Shown here piece by piece: positions 1 to 8,542 of a DNA stretch of 64,000 bases; positions within the stretch are counted from its first letter, which is position 1, and every line of letters begins with the position of its first letter. Origin of the DNA: a virus. Below the pieces are notes generated by a model. It made no database searches. It was not told where the DNA came from and saw only the letters and a program-made list of their open reading frames with translations. A program made the translations under genes and the position numbers. The DNA lies in the IMG/VR virus record IMGVR_UViG_3300028837_003734, positions 12,070 to 76,069 of that record. One strand, 5' to 3'.

Positions 1-642
1 ATAACCTATGCTATTTATACCCTGCCAATCCCGATAGAAGCCGAAGAGTCAAAATACTTTATTATGACTTCGACGGCTTATAGTAATCACCAAAATTGTA
101 TTGCTGATAAATGGCGGGATGGCAAAACTGCAACTGGGACCCCTATAAGGGAAGGTATTGTAGCTATTAATGTGGATCTGATTGATGGTAAATGGGTAGT
201 TAAAAGTCCTCTCAAACTTGGTCAAAAGATATATATTGAAGGAATGGGATATTTTAGTGTAGAAGACACGGGGCCATTTACTGAGAAAGATTTTCATTTC
301 GATATCTGGAATCTTGATGTCTATAAAGAAAATTATGAACAGGCCAAAGAATGGGGAATTAAAAGAATCAAAGTTTATGTATTAGGGGGGATTAAAAGAA
401 TGAGAAGAGATGAAACAGTACGGGAAAGATATAAAAGATGGTGGGAAGGGAAATATTGTAAGTTGGCAAAACAAGACAGGAAATTCAAATACGTACAAAC
501 GGCAGAGTTCATTGGTCCTCCAAGCGGTGTTTATGGCACTGTAATTCTTCATTATTTAGATGGTACTTTTGAACACGTTATTCCATTTAACCCGAATGCA
601 TTCAAGCCAAGAAAAATGGATGTTGAGGTGGAGGATGAATAA
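1..642 (+). CDS. 3D-domain (MltA-like) protein, 5'-truncated; reads through into an apparent second cistron (MRRDETV...)
   Basis: STAYS, TATGTPIREGIVAIN, GQKIYIEGMGYFSVEDTG and LDVY motifs are typical of 3D domains; frame is open from base 1. Confidence 0.75.
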   Translation: MTYAIYTLPIPIEAEESKYFIMTSTAYSNHQNCIADKWRDGKTATGTPIREGIVAINVDLIDGKWVVKSPLKLGQKIYIEGMGYFSVEDTGPFTEKDFHFDIWNLDVYKENYEQAKEWGIKRIKVYVLGGIKRMRRDETVRERYKRWWEGKYCKLAKQDRKFKYVQTAEFIGPPSGVYGTVILHYLDGTFEHVIPFNPNAFKPRKMDVEVEDE

Positions 643-900
643 ATGGAAATAATAGGCAAAGAATATAAAAAAAAACTGGTAAGTTCTAAGGTTGAGGTTA
701 CGCATTTTGTTAAAGTAAAATGTTCAATGAAAACCGAATTAACAAGGTTTATTTGGGGCAAAAAAAAATGTTTTATATGTGGTGGCAAATTCAAAGATGG
801 AGATAAACCGATAGCCTGCATTACTAAAAAGGGAAAGAATAAAATAATCTGTGAAAAATGTTACCTAGGTTTACCTAAGGAAAAAAGAGGAAATGAATAG
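643..900 (+). CDS. Hypothetical protein with CxxC...CxxC zinc ribbon
   Basis: CFIC...CEKC; SD GGAGG upstream. Confidence 0.65.
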   Translation: MEIIGKEYKKKLVSSKVEVTHFVKVKCSMKTELTRFIWGKKKCFICGGKFKDGDKPIACITKKGKNKIICEKCYLGLPKEKRGNE

Positions 901-905
901 TAAAA

Positions 906-1172
906 ATGTGTGATTGTATTAATGTAAAAATGGATAGTTATGATAATCAAATTACATTAAAAATGCCTAATGGTGAGTTGATGGGGATAGACAAATGTAT
1001 AGCTGAAGAAATCAAACATTTGTGGTCATTAAAAATTAGTACAAATGGTTGTTGTTGTGGGCACAATATTAAAAAAGGCTATATAGGGGTTGATGATAAA
1101 GATATTGAGTTTATGAAAAAATTAGGATACAAAACAATTAAGTATTCTAAGAGAGTTTTGAATTTAGACTAA
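906..1172 (+). CDS. Hypothetical Cys-rich protein (ID..I...L...T..CCCGH motif)
   Basis: ORF track, SD upstream, recognisable phage motif. Confidence 0.6.
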   Translation: MCDCINVKMDSYDNQITLKMPNGELMGIDKCIAEEIKHLWSLKISTNGCCCGHNIKKGYIGVDDKDIEFMKKLGYKTIKYSKRVLNLD

Positions 1173-1251
1173 AAGGAGATAAATTTAGGCCGTATTTGGC
1201 ATAGTAGAGTCTGGCAGATCAGTAAGCTGGGCGTCAGAAAGATAAAAATTT

Positions 1252-1343
1252 AATCAAGGCAGATAAAATAATAGATTGTGGGTCCAAAAGCCTGCTAATT
1301 TAGCGGGTAGCACCTCCACGGTTTTTATTTGTTTGCCTTGATT
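1252..1343 (+). ncRNA. Structured leader motif, copy 1
   Basis: Closing stem AATCAAGGCA/TGCCTTGATT, inner TGTGG/CCACG and CCTGCTA/TAGCGGG hairpin, then a T-run; near-identical core at 2125-2212. Confidence 0.6.
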
Positions 1344-1449
1344 TTTTGGACATTTAGATCGTAAAGAGAATTAGATAACTAAGATACATAATATGATTAA
1401 CTAGGCAGAGTCCCGGCGGGAGACCTGAATTAAAAAAAGAGGTAAATTT

Positions 1450-1800
1450 ATGGATGCAATAGATATATTAACCAATTTTATGAACGCCTGGAAAGCTAAC
1501 AACTGGTCAGAGATGCTTAAATATACCCAGAAGACCTGGAGAAGTAAAGAAAATAACAATAGTGAACTGCTAAAGAACTGGTTTTATTTAAAGGATTTAC
1601 TTACTTTTAAAATATTAAAAATAAATCAAATAAGTGAATCTTGTGTGGATGTACTTCTCAGCATAAGATATGTATTTGGTGATTCAAAACTAAGAGAAAC
1701 GAAGATTAGGGCCCGGGTAATCTGTGAAATTGAGCCTTATAAGCCTGGCAAGGACGGGGAATGGGGAGTTAATCCAGTCGGTATATTAAGAGAATTTTAA
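1450..1800 (+). CDS. Hypothetical protein (possible NTF2-like fold)
   Basis: ORF with SD GAGGT. Confidence 0.6.
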   Translation: MDAIDILTNFMNAWKANNWSEMLKYTQKTWRSKENNNSELLKNWFYLKDLLTFKILKINQISESCVDVLLSIRYVFGDSKLRETKIRARVICEIEPYKPGKDGEWGVNPVGILREF

Positions 1801-1822
1801 AATTAAATAAGGGGAGAGATTA

Positions 1823-2035
1823 ATGGAATTTTTTGATAATTTTAGGTCATTTACCGTGACTGAAATAGCGGAGATAACTGGTTTTAAGGTGGATAAAATA
1901 ACCTTACTATTGAGGAAGGGGACATTGAAAGGCAGGAAGATAGGCCGGGTCTGGTACAGTAAAGGATGGGAAATTAGAAGGCTGATATCAGAAAATAGGA
2001 AGTTAGAAGAGCTAAAAAATAGATTTAGAAAATGA
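1823..2035 (+). CDS. Excisionase-like/MerR-type helix-turn-helix protein
   Basis: FTVTEIAEITG...LLRKGTLKGRKIGRVW. Confidence 0.8.
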   Translation: MEFFDNFRSFTVTEIAEITGFKVDKITLLLRKGTLKGRKIGRVWYSKGWEIRRLISENRKLEELKNRFRK

Positions 2036-2124
2036 TAAAAATCAGTGAATTAGTGTGGAAAAGTGTTATATCATTGCCCCTGGAAGGTGTTAATTATGAA
2101 GCAAGAACCAAAAAATAAAGACTT

Positions 2125-2212
2125 AATTAGGGCAAACATTCTTATAAAATTGTGGATTCATAAGCCTGCTATTAGCAGGTAGCACCTCCACGGTTGGGTG
2201 TTTGCCTTAATT
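2125..2212 (+). ncRNA. Structured leader motif, copy 2 (upstream of replication initiator)
   Basis: AATTAGGGCAAACA/TGTTTGCCTTAATT closing stem; shared core TTGTGG..CA.AAGCCTGCTA..TAGC.GGTAGCACCTCCACGGTT. Confidence 0.6.
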
Positions 2213-2252
2213 TTTTTATATCAGCCATCTAAAAAAAAGGGGTATTTATCTG

Positions 2253-3122
2253 ATGCAAAAAAAAGGCTGGATTAAGCTTTGGAGGAAGCTACAAAATAGT
2301 AATATCTGGAAGAGCAAGCCATTTTCTAAGGGGCAGGCTTGGGTGGACTTATTACTCAGAGCCAGCCACGATGACTATACTTTCGATTTTAAGGCTGCAA
2401 AAATAAAGATAAAATCTGGGCAAATAAAAAACATGAAAATAAAGATAAAATCTGGGCAAATCTTTGTTTTTAAGAAGTCTCTGGCTACAGATTGGGGCTG
2501 GTCTAGACATAAAGTGAGCAATTTTTTAAACGGACTAGCCGGAAACAACGGTAAAATAAAGGAAAATGACGCGTCGCAAATGAAGAAAAAAGGACACCAT
2601 CGCATCAAAATTGGGACACCTTCAGGGACACCTTATGGGGTGCTTGTAACTATTATAAATTGGGGGCCATATCAATTTAAAGAAAAAGAAGAGACGACTT
2701 CAGGGACACCTACCCTAAAACGCAAACGAATTGAAAAGGACACTAACAAGAATGTTCTTAACAAGAAGATAATACATATATACTCCGGATTGCTAAATTT
2801 CTGGAATAGTAGGGATATTGTGATTCATACCAGTTTATCTCCCAAGACCGAAAAAAATATCCAGGACCGGATAAAAAGGATGTTGAAATATACCACTATT
2901 AAAGAAGTTAAGCAACGAATATCTAATTATGCAATTTTACTAAAGGGAGAAGAATATGACTTATGTACTTATACCTGGACTTTTCAAGAATTTCTCACCC
3001 GCTTCGAAAATGGGAGGACCGATAAGTTTGCAGACCTAGAAAAGGCTAAGCTTAATTTGAGAAAAAATAAGGGTGATGGAATGGAGGAATCTTTAAGAAA
3101 GATGGAGGAAGAAGATGGATAA
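2253..3122 (+). CDS. Phage replication initiator (replisome organiser)
   Basis: N-terminal GWIKLWRKL...AWVDLLLRASH motif; precedes helicase loader and DnaB. Confidence 0.8.
   Translation: MQKKGWIKLWRKLQNSNIWKSKPFSKGQAWVDLLLRASHDDYTFDFKAAKIKIKSGQIKNMKIKIKSGQIFVFKKSLATDWGWSRHKVSNFLNGLAGNNGKIKENDASQMKKKGHHRIKIGTPSGTPYGVLVTIINWGPYQFKEKEETTSGTPTLKRKRIEKDTNKNVLNKKIIHIYSGLLNFWNSRDIVIHTSLSPKTEKNIQDRIKRMLKYTTIKEVKQRISNYAILLKGEEYDLCTYTWTFQEFLTRFENGRTDKFADLEKAKLNLRKNKGDGMEESLRKMEEEDG
2400..2461 (+). repeat. In-frame 26-bp direct repeat, period 36 bp (KIKIKSGQI twice)
   Basis: AAAATAAAGATAAAATCTGGGCAAAT at 2400 and 2436. Confidence 0.9.
2590..2743 (+). repeat. Putative replication-origin iterons (GGACACC) inside the initiator gene
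   Basis: GGACAC(C) at about 2592, 2614, 2626, 2704 and 2738; lambda-type origins lie inside the initiator gene. Confidence 0.65.
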
Positions 3123-3351
3123 GAAAAATTTTAACGAGATGATGAAGATATTCGGTAAGGTGTACGAAAAGAATCTGAACCCCGATGTCTTAAAAATATA
3201 TTTTGAAATATTTAAAGAGATATCTGACGATAAAACCGAATTTATTACCAAAGAATGCCTTAAAAAGTGCAGATACTTTCCCAGACCAGCCGATGTTTTT
3301 GAGTGTCTTGAAGAGGAAGGTCAAGCTTCTGATTTACCCGATCTGGAATAA
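3115..3351 (+). CDS. Helicase loader/inhibitor-like protein
   Basis: Located between initiator and DnaB; YFPRPADV motif. Confidence 0.65.
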   Translation: MDKKNFNEMMKIFGKVYEKNLNPDVLKIYFEIFKEISDDKTEFITKECLKKCRYFPRPADVFECLEEEGQASDLPDLE

Positions 3352-3361
3352 GGAGAAAATT

Positions 3362-4642
3362 ATGTTACCGATAGAATCAGAACGGAATATTTCGGCGGAA
3401 CAAGCCTCTTTAGGCTCGATGTTACTATCCCCGAGGGCCGTCTATGCTAGTGTGGAAATTCTGGAGCCTAATGATTACTATAAGACTTCTCATAGTAGAA
3501 TATACCAGGTAATCCTCGAGCTATTCAATAAAAATATAGCTGTGGATCTGGTGACTTTATCAGAAGAATTGCAGAACAAAAACAAACTAATAGATATAGG
3601 AGGAATAACCTATCTGACCCAGCTGGTTAATAGTGTACCTACTCCCGAGAATATAGAATTCTATAACCAGATTATTAAGAAAAAATCTAATCAACGAAAA
3701 ATATTATTTATTTTAGAGGAACTAAAGTTAGAGAAGATAGACACCCAGAAGGCACTTGAAAAAATATCCCTGATACCGATAATCGAGATAAAGGAAGAAA
3801 ACTTAAAAACACTATTGAAGAATACCTTAAAAATATCGGCAGAAGGAGTAGCCCACCGGTTTAAGATGGGACATCTTAATAGATACCTCGGGGGGATAGA
3901 CAAAGGAGAAATAATAACTATTGGAGGATTTACCAGCCAGGGGAAAACCTCATTTGCTATACAACTGGCTATAGATTTTATAGATGTGGTGGAAGAAAAA
4001 AAGATTCTTTATTTATCTTCAGAGATGACTGCACTAGAAATTTCTCGAAGATTGTTATCCAACTTGATGCCCAAGAATATCATGGATTTTAGGAAGGGAA
4101 TATTCGATAAAGGAGAGAGAGAGGCCCTGGATAGCATCGCTACCATAGTAGGGGATCATTGGAATTTGAATATCAAGAAGGTATTTGATATAGAGGACAT
4201 AAGAAGATATATTCAAAAATATAATCCTGAAATAGTATTCATGGATTACCTCCAGAACCTAGATAGGAAGAAGGCACTAACCGATTATCAGAAAGTGACT
4301 GGGAACATAAAAGACTTGCAGGGCATAACCCTGGGACGAGAAATATCCACTTTTGTGGTGAGTCAACTATCACGAGGCAATAAGAACATAATTAGAAAAC
4401 CTAGACTCTCTGACCTTAGGGATAGTGGAAGAATTGAGGAATGCTCTCCCATCGTCCTTTTTGTTTACTGGGAAGAGCGACTCAAAGAAAAGATTGAGAT
4501 GAGGACAGGTGGCGAATTACCAGAAAAGATGGAAATTCTGATTGCGAAGAATAGAGATGGGACGATTGGAAAATTTGCCTTAGATTTTTATCCAGAATAT
4601 TGCCGGATAAAAGAAAGGGAATATACAGCACATGAGTATTAA
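3362..4642 (+). CDS. dnaB: Replicative DnaB-like helicase
   Basis: AEQASLGSMLL N-domain, Walker A GFTSQGKT, SEM, DYLQ, SQLSR, DLRDSGRIE, KNRDG; start moved to ATG 3362 behind SD AAGGAG. Confidence 0.95.
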   Translation: MLPIESERNISAEQASLGSMLLSPRAVYASVEILEPNDYYKTSHSRIYQVILELFNKNIAVDLVTLSEELQNKNKLIDIGGITYLTQLVNSVPTPENIEFYNQIIKKKSNQRKILFILEELKLEKIDTQKALEKISLIPIIEIKEENLKTLLKNTLKISAEGVAHRFKMGHLNRYLGGIDKGEIITIGGFTSQGKTSFAIQLAIDFIDVVEEKKILYLSSEMTALEISRRLLSNLMPKNIMDFRKGIFDKGEREALDSIATIVGDHWNLNIKKVFDIEDIRRYIQKYNPEIVFMDYLQNLDRKKALTDYQKVTGNIKDLQGITLGREISTFVVSQLSRGNKNIIRKPRLSDLRDSGRIEECSPIVLFVYWEERLKEKIEMRTGGELPEKMEILIAKNRDGTIGKFALDFYPEYCRIKEREYTAHEY

Positions 4643-4852
4643 ACCGTTCGCAAATCAAAAGAATAAGATGCATAGAGATAATAAATGGGAGACCTATGAG
4701 CAGAACAAGAAAAAATTATCCCATAAATATGGTTGGGATTCGAAACAGAATCCGGGCAGATATGGGCGGGCAGTAAAGTTGTTATGCAAGATAATGAAAT
4801 TATAAGATCCAATAAAAAGGAACTTTTTAAGGGAGAGGAGAGGGATGTAGCG

Positions 4853-5038
4853 ATGAGAAAAACATCTGGAGGAGCAAAGAAGCACGGCCGGAATAAGGAA
4901 AAATGCCAAAAATATAAGGAAGCGAATCGGAGGGAAGAGAATAAGATCAGGAAATGGAAGAAGCTAATTAAGAATTTATCCCCAGATAATAGCATGAGAA
5001 GACAGTTGGAAAAACGGATTAAAGAGGTGGAGAGATGA
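4853..5038 (+). CDS. Small basic hypothetical protein
   Basis: MRKTSGG... start within ORF 4733-5038. Confidence 0.5.
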   Translation: MRKTSGGAKKHGRNKEKCQKYKEANRREENKIRKWKKLIKNLSPDNSMRRQLEKRIKEVER

Positions 5039-5277
5039 GAAAGTTCGAGAATCTATTAATTGTGCTTATAGTCATAATGGTTTTAGTAGGATTATGGGTC
5101 TCGTATTTGAGCTTTAAGATAGAAAAGAATGAACTTCTAATTAAGATTTTAATTAGCCGGGATGGGACCAACGTAGAGCTGATTGGAGCAATACAGGACA
5201 GGCTGGAGAGGCTGGAAGAAAGGTACAGTGATTTTAAAGAGAACAGAGGATTGCTACTGTTAAGAGGATATCCTTGA
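5035..5277 (+). CDS. Hypothetical membrane-anchored protein
   Basis: N-terminal hydrophobic helix; ATGA coupling. Confidence 0.6.
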   Translation: MRKFENLLIVLIVIMVLVGLWVSYLSFKIEKNELLIKILISRDGTNVELIGAIQDRLERLEERYSDFKENRGLLLLRGYP

Positions 5278-5330
5278 CTAATGTATTGAGCAAATAAGAG
5301 GCAGAAAACTAAATTAGAAAGGAAGGCAGT

Positions 5331-5564
5331 ATGCAGAAAGCGATTAGAAAATATCTCAAGAAAGAGGCTGAAAGGATAGATAGTAGCATGGGTAAGGACT
5401 ATATTAATCAGACCTTCGATATGCTCGATTCTGAGATCGACAAGGCAAAGAGAAGGGAAATTAAGAGGGCCAGAAGGAAGAAGTTAGGAGAATGGAAGCG
5501 AATAGAGAAAATGAACTGCGGGCATGATAAGAAAAGAAGGTTAAAAGGGAGGTCGAGAAGATGA
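5331..5564 (+). CDS. Hypothetical protein
   Basis: ORF with SD. Confidence 0.55.
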   Translation: MQKAIRKYLKKEAERIDSSMGKDYINQTFDMLDSEIDKAKRREIKRARRKKLGEWKRIEKMNCGHDKKRRLKGRSRR

Positions 5565-5779
5565 CAAATAAAAGAGAAGAATTTAATCTGATTACAATTT
5601 ATGGGGATGAAATTAAAATCATAACAGATTTAGACTGTATTGATGCTGTATATACAGAAATGCTAAGTGATCTAGACGCTAATAATATTTATTATGTCGG
5701 GGGGAATGGCGAATCAGCGATATTCAAAGGTCATGAATTAAGCGTGATAGATTTCAAAAAAGTTATAGGAAGAGATTAA
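5561..5779 (+). CDS. Hypothetical protein
   Basis: ORF with SD GGAGG, coupled. Confidence 0.6.
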   Translation: MTNKREEFNLITIYGDEIKIITDLDCIDAVYTEMLSDLDANNIYYVGGNGESAIFKGHELSVIDFKKVIGRD

Positions 5780-6018
5780 AAAGAAGAAATGAAATTTAAA
5801 AAAAAGTATTTTTATTGGAGGTTAAATAAAATGATAATAATTAGGAATATTATTATTGGTTTACTTCTACTTTTTATGTTATTTGTCTTAATAGACCAAT
5901 TTAAAAGAAGTAGAATGCTGAATGAAAGACGAAAAAAAAGAATAATTGATAGTAAGCAAAAATTAAAACCAGAGATGCGAGATCCAATATTAAAAAGAGG
6001 TTAGAATGCAGGCTAAGA

Positions 6019-6351
6019 ATGAAAATTAGAAACCGGCTTTTAGATAAAAGAGAATATAAAGGGCGATTGACTGGGGCAGCAGATAAAATGTGCCCTTGCC
6101 GGGTCTGTTGGAATCCCCACGATTGCGGGTACCGAGCAGGCAATGGTAAATGGATAACGGTAATGCGTTGTGTGACAAATTATAAAAGTGGCTGCCCATT
6201 CGATATCAATAAAGAACTACCAAGACCGATTCATGTTATCCGCGCAAAAGCTGGAAGGAAGGGGCAGACAAGAATATGTTTAAGGTGTGGCCAGAGAATA
6301 GTTATTGGAGAGGCCGATTTTATTACATTTGAAGCATATAAAAAATTATGA
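6019..6351 (+). CDS. Cys/His-rich putative zinc-binding protein
   Basis: CPCRVC..HDC, CLRC. Confidence 0.6.
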   Translation: MKIRNRLLDKREYKGRLTGAADKMCPCRVCWNPHDCGYRAGNGKWITVMRCVTNYKSGCPFDINKELPRPIHVIRAKAGRKGQTRICLRCGQRIVIGEADFITFEAYKKL

Positions 6352-6532
6352 GGAGGCAAGATGATGTTTCCTACCATAAAGACTTATTATGAGCAGATAA
6401 AAAGAAACAGTGAATTCAATGATTTTTCGAAGAGACTTAAAAAAAATATTGAGAAATTAGTGGTGAAGGATAAGAAATATTCCTGGGAAGATGAAGCTGA
6501 CGTAAATTTTAGAAAGGCTGCGGTGGAAGAAA

Positions 6533-7261
6533 ATGAAAAATAAAATCGGGTGGTGTTCGATGACGTGGAATCCGTGCTGGGGCTGCAGGAACAACTGTAG
6601 CTATTGTTACGCCAGGGCAATAGCAAAGAGGTTTTGGAAACAGAGATATAGTGATGAGTTTAATTTTTATTATATGGCACATCCTAATTGGGTTTGGACA
6701 GGAGGTTACTTATCGGGTTTAAAGAATTTTAAACCTACATTTTTATATTCTCAATATGCTAAAAAATTTCCCCAAAAGACCCAAAAGATATTCGTGGGAT
6801 CAATGAGCGAAATAGCTCATTGGAAAGATGAGTGGTTAGAAAAAGTGTTGGAAAAAGTAAAACAATATCCCCAACATATCTTCCAATTTCTGACAAGATA
6901 TCCGGAGGTTTATGATAGATATATTTTCCCGAGAAACTGCTGGCTGGGAGTAACCATAACAAGAGAAAAAGATTTTGAGAGAGGGATCCCTTATCTATTT
7001 ATTACGAGCTGCAATATAACCTTTGTGTCAATCGAACCTATACTCGAATATATTAACCCCGGACCTTTTTTAAATGCAAATATTGATTGGGTGATCCTGG
7101 GAGCAGAGACCGGGAAGAGGAAGGGGAAGGTCATACCAAAAAGAGATTGGGTAGAGAATATAGTAAATTATTGTAAATGGAATAATATCTCGGTCTACTT
7201 GAAAGATAGTCTGAAAGAAATCTATCCGGAAAAGATAAAAATGTTTCCTAAAATTAATTAA
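6533..7261 (+). CDS. Phage Gp37/Gp68 (DUF5131) radical-SAM-like protein
   Basis: IGWCSMTWNPCWGCRNNCSYCYA, FVGSMS, FVSIEP, IDWVILGAETG. Confidence 0.9.
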   Translation: MKNKIGWCSMTWNPCWGCRNNCSYCYARAIAKRFWKQRYSDEFNFYYMAHPNWVWTGGYLSGLKNFKPTFLYSQYAKKFPQKTQKIFVGSMSEIAHWKDEWLEKVLEKVKQYPQHIFQFLTRYPEVYDRYIFPRNCWLGVTITREKDFERGIPYLFITSCNITFVSIEPILEYINPGPFLNANIDWVILGAETGKRKGKVIPKRDWVENIVNYCKWNNISVYLKDSLKEIYPEKIKMFPKIN

Positions 7262-7279
7262 GAAAGGAGGAAAGAAGAG

Positions 7280-7576
7280 ATGACAGGAGAATTAAGCAGT
7301 GGAGAAAGTAAGAAACCAGCGACTACTGGGGATATATCAAAAGTCGTTTTTTCCGTATTAGATCGGGCTAAAGAACTGAATATAATTATATCTGAAGTAA
7401 ATAGCGAGCTAGTTGGTTCCCCGATGGAAGTGCAAGAGGAAAAGGATCTTGCCAAGAAGGCTTCCGAAGGATGGATTGAAAATGAATATAAAAGACTCTG
7501 CGAAATTAGAGAACAAATGAATAGAGTATCAGAGAGAATGCAGTTATTAAAAAGCCGGCTAAAGACGGAGAAATAA
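7280..7576 (+). CDS. Hypothetical coiled-coil protein
   Basis: SD AGGAGG, ORF track. Confidence 0.6.
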   Translation: MTGELSSGESKKPATTGDISKVVFSVLDRAKELNIIISEVNSELVGSPMEVQEEKDLAKKASEGWIENEYKRLCEIREQMNRVSERMQLLKSRLKTEK

Positions 7577-7591
7577 GAGAGGTGAACAAAG

Positions 7592-7663
7592 ATGTGGTAT
7601 TGGTTCATAGGAATTGTAGTAGTGGTGGCAATAGTAACATATTTAATATTAAAAAGAAGATAG
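7592..7663 (+). CDS. 23-aa single-pass membrane peptide
   Basis: MWYWFIGIVVVVAIVTYLILKRR with SD GAGGTG. Confidence 0.6.
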   Translation: MWYWFIGIVVVVAIVTYLILKRR

Positions 7664-7673
7664 AAATGAGAAT

Positions 7674-8516
7674 GGGGCGGAGTACTATTGGTATGTTATG
7701 TCTAAAGAGCTAATAGAAGAGGCATGTCTCTGTCCTAGTGGACCGGAAAGCTATAATAAAATTGCTTAAATTGCTACAATAAAGATGCTTCCGGTAGAGG
7801 ATCGTGAGGCAGAATGCTAAAGGAATGGTGATATAAAAAAGCTTGTAATATATCTGCTTTTGCCTCCCAAAAAAAAGAAAATTGAGAGATAGAACGCTAA
7901 TAGGGAACTGTAGACTGGAGAATTGCTACTAAATATATGCTTCTATTATTAGATGACAGAAAGATCAAAGAGATGGGCAGAGAGCTAGGATGGTATTGAT
8001 TTATTTAGTTGGCGAATGCCTCTGTCCGTCTCTAAGGATGGGGAGGCGGAGTACTGAAAAACATTTTATTCCGAAGATAGATAAAAGCCTTATGTCTCTG
8101 CCTAAATCTCCTCGGAAAGCTAAAAGGAAGATGCTTAACATGCTATTAGCGAGGTTACTTCCGAGAAGAAGATACTGTGGGCAGAATGCTACTAATTCGA
8201 TATCGATAGACTAAAGAATGTTTGCTTCTGCCTTAATAAAAGCTGGGACAGGCAAAGAGCTAAAATTATAATGACTTATTCGTTTAGGCCAAAATTGCCT
8301 TTTGTCTATCTTAGATATTAGAAAAAAAGGGAAGGAGAACTATTATAGCATTATATTCGAAGGGATTACTAATAGAAATATGTCTCTGACTGACAAAACG
8401 GAAAGTTAAAGCGATAATGTTTAATGTGCTGATCAAGAATTGCTTCCGAATAAAATACTGCAGACAGAATGCTAGCGTAAGAATACGAAAAAGCTATTTA
8501 TAGATTGCTTCTGCCT
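7674..8516 (+). ncRNA. TIGR-like stem-loop guide RNA array, 12 units
   Basis: Units at 7674, 7742, 7806, 7889, 7969, 8044, 8111, 8179, 8250, 8334, 8399 and 8462; each is stem-(C/T)TA-N9-T(G/A)-loop-(C/T)TA-N9-TG-stem with unique 9-mers (units 1, 3, 6, 7 partly degenerate). Confidence 0.85.
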
Positions 8517-8542
8517 CGCTAAAGAAAGAAAGGTGATTTAAA

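Noticed and set aside
1252-2212. Known riboswitch (c-di-GMP or SAM) for the duplicated motif
   Set aside because: The required conserved cores are absent
3203-3361. N-terminal extension of DnaB in the ORF track
   Set aside because: Overlaps the loader gene; SD and domain start support ATG 3362
7990-8214. 74-aa ORF
   Set aside because: Runs across array units and has no recognisable protein features
7674-8516. CRISPR array
   Set aside because: No identical direct repeats, variable parts are paired 9-mers, and no cas genes are present
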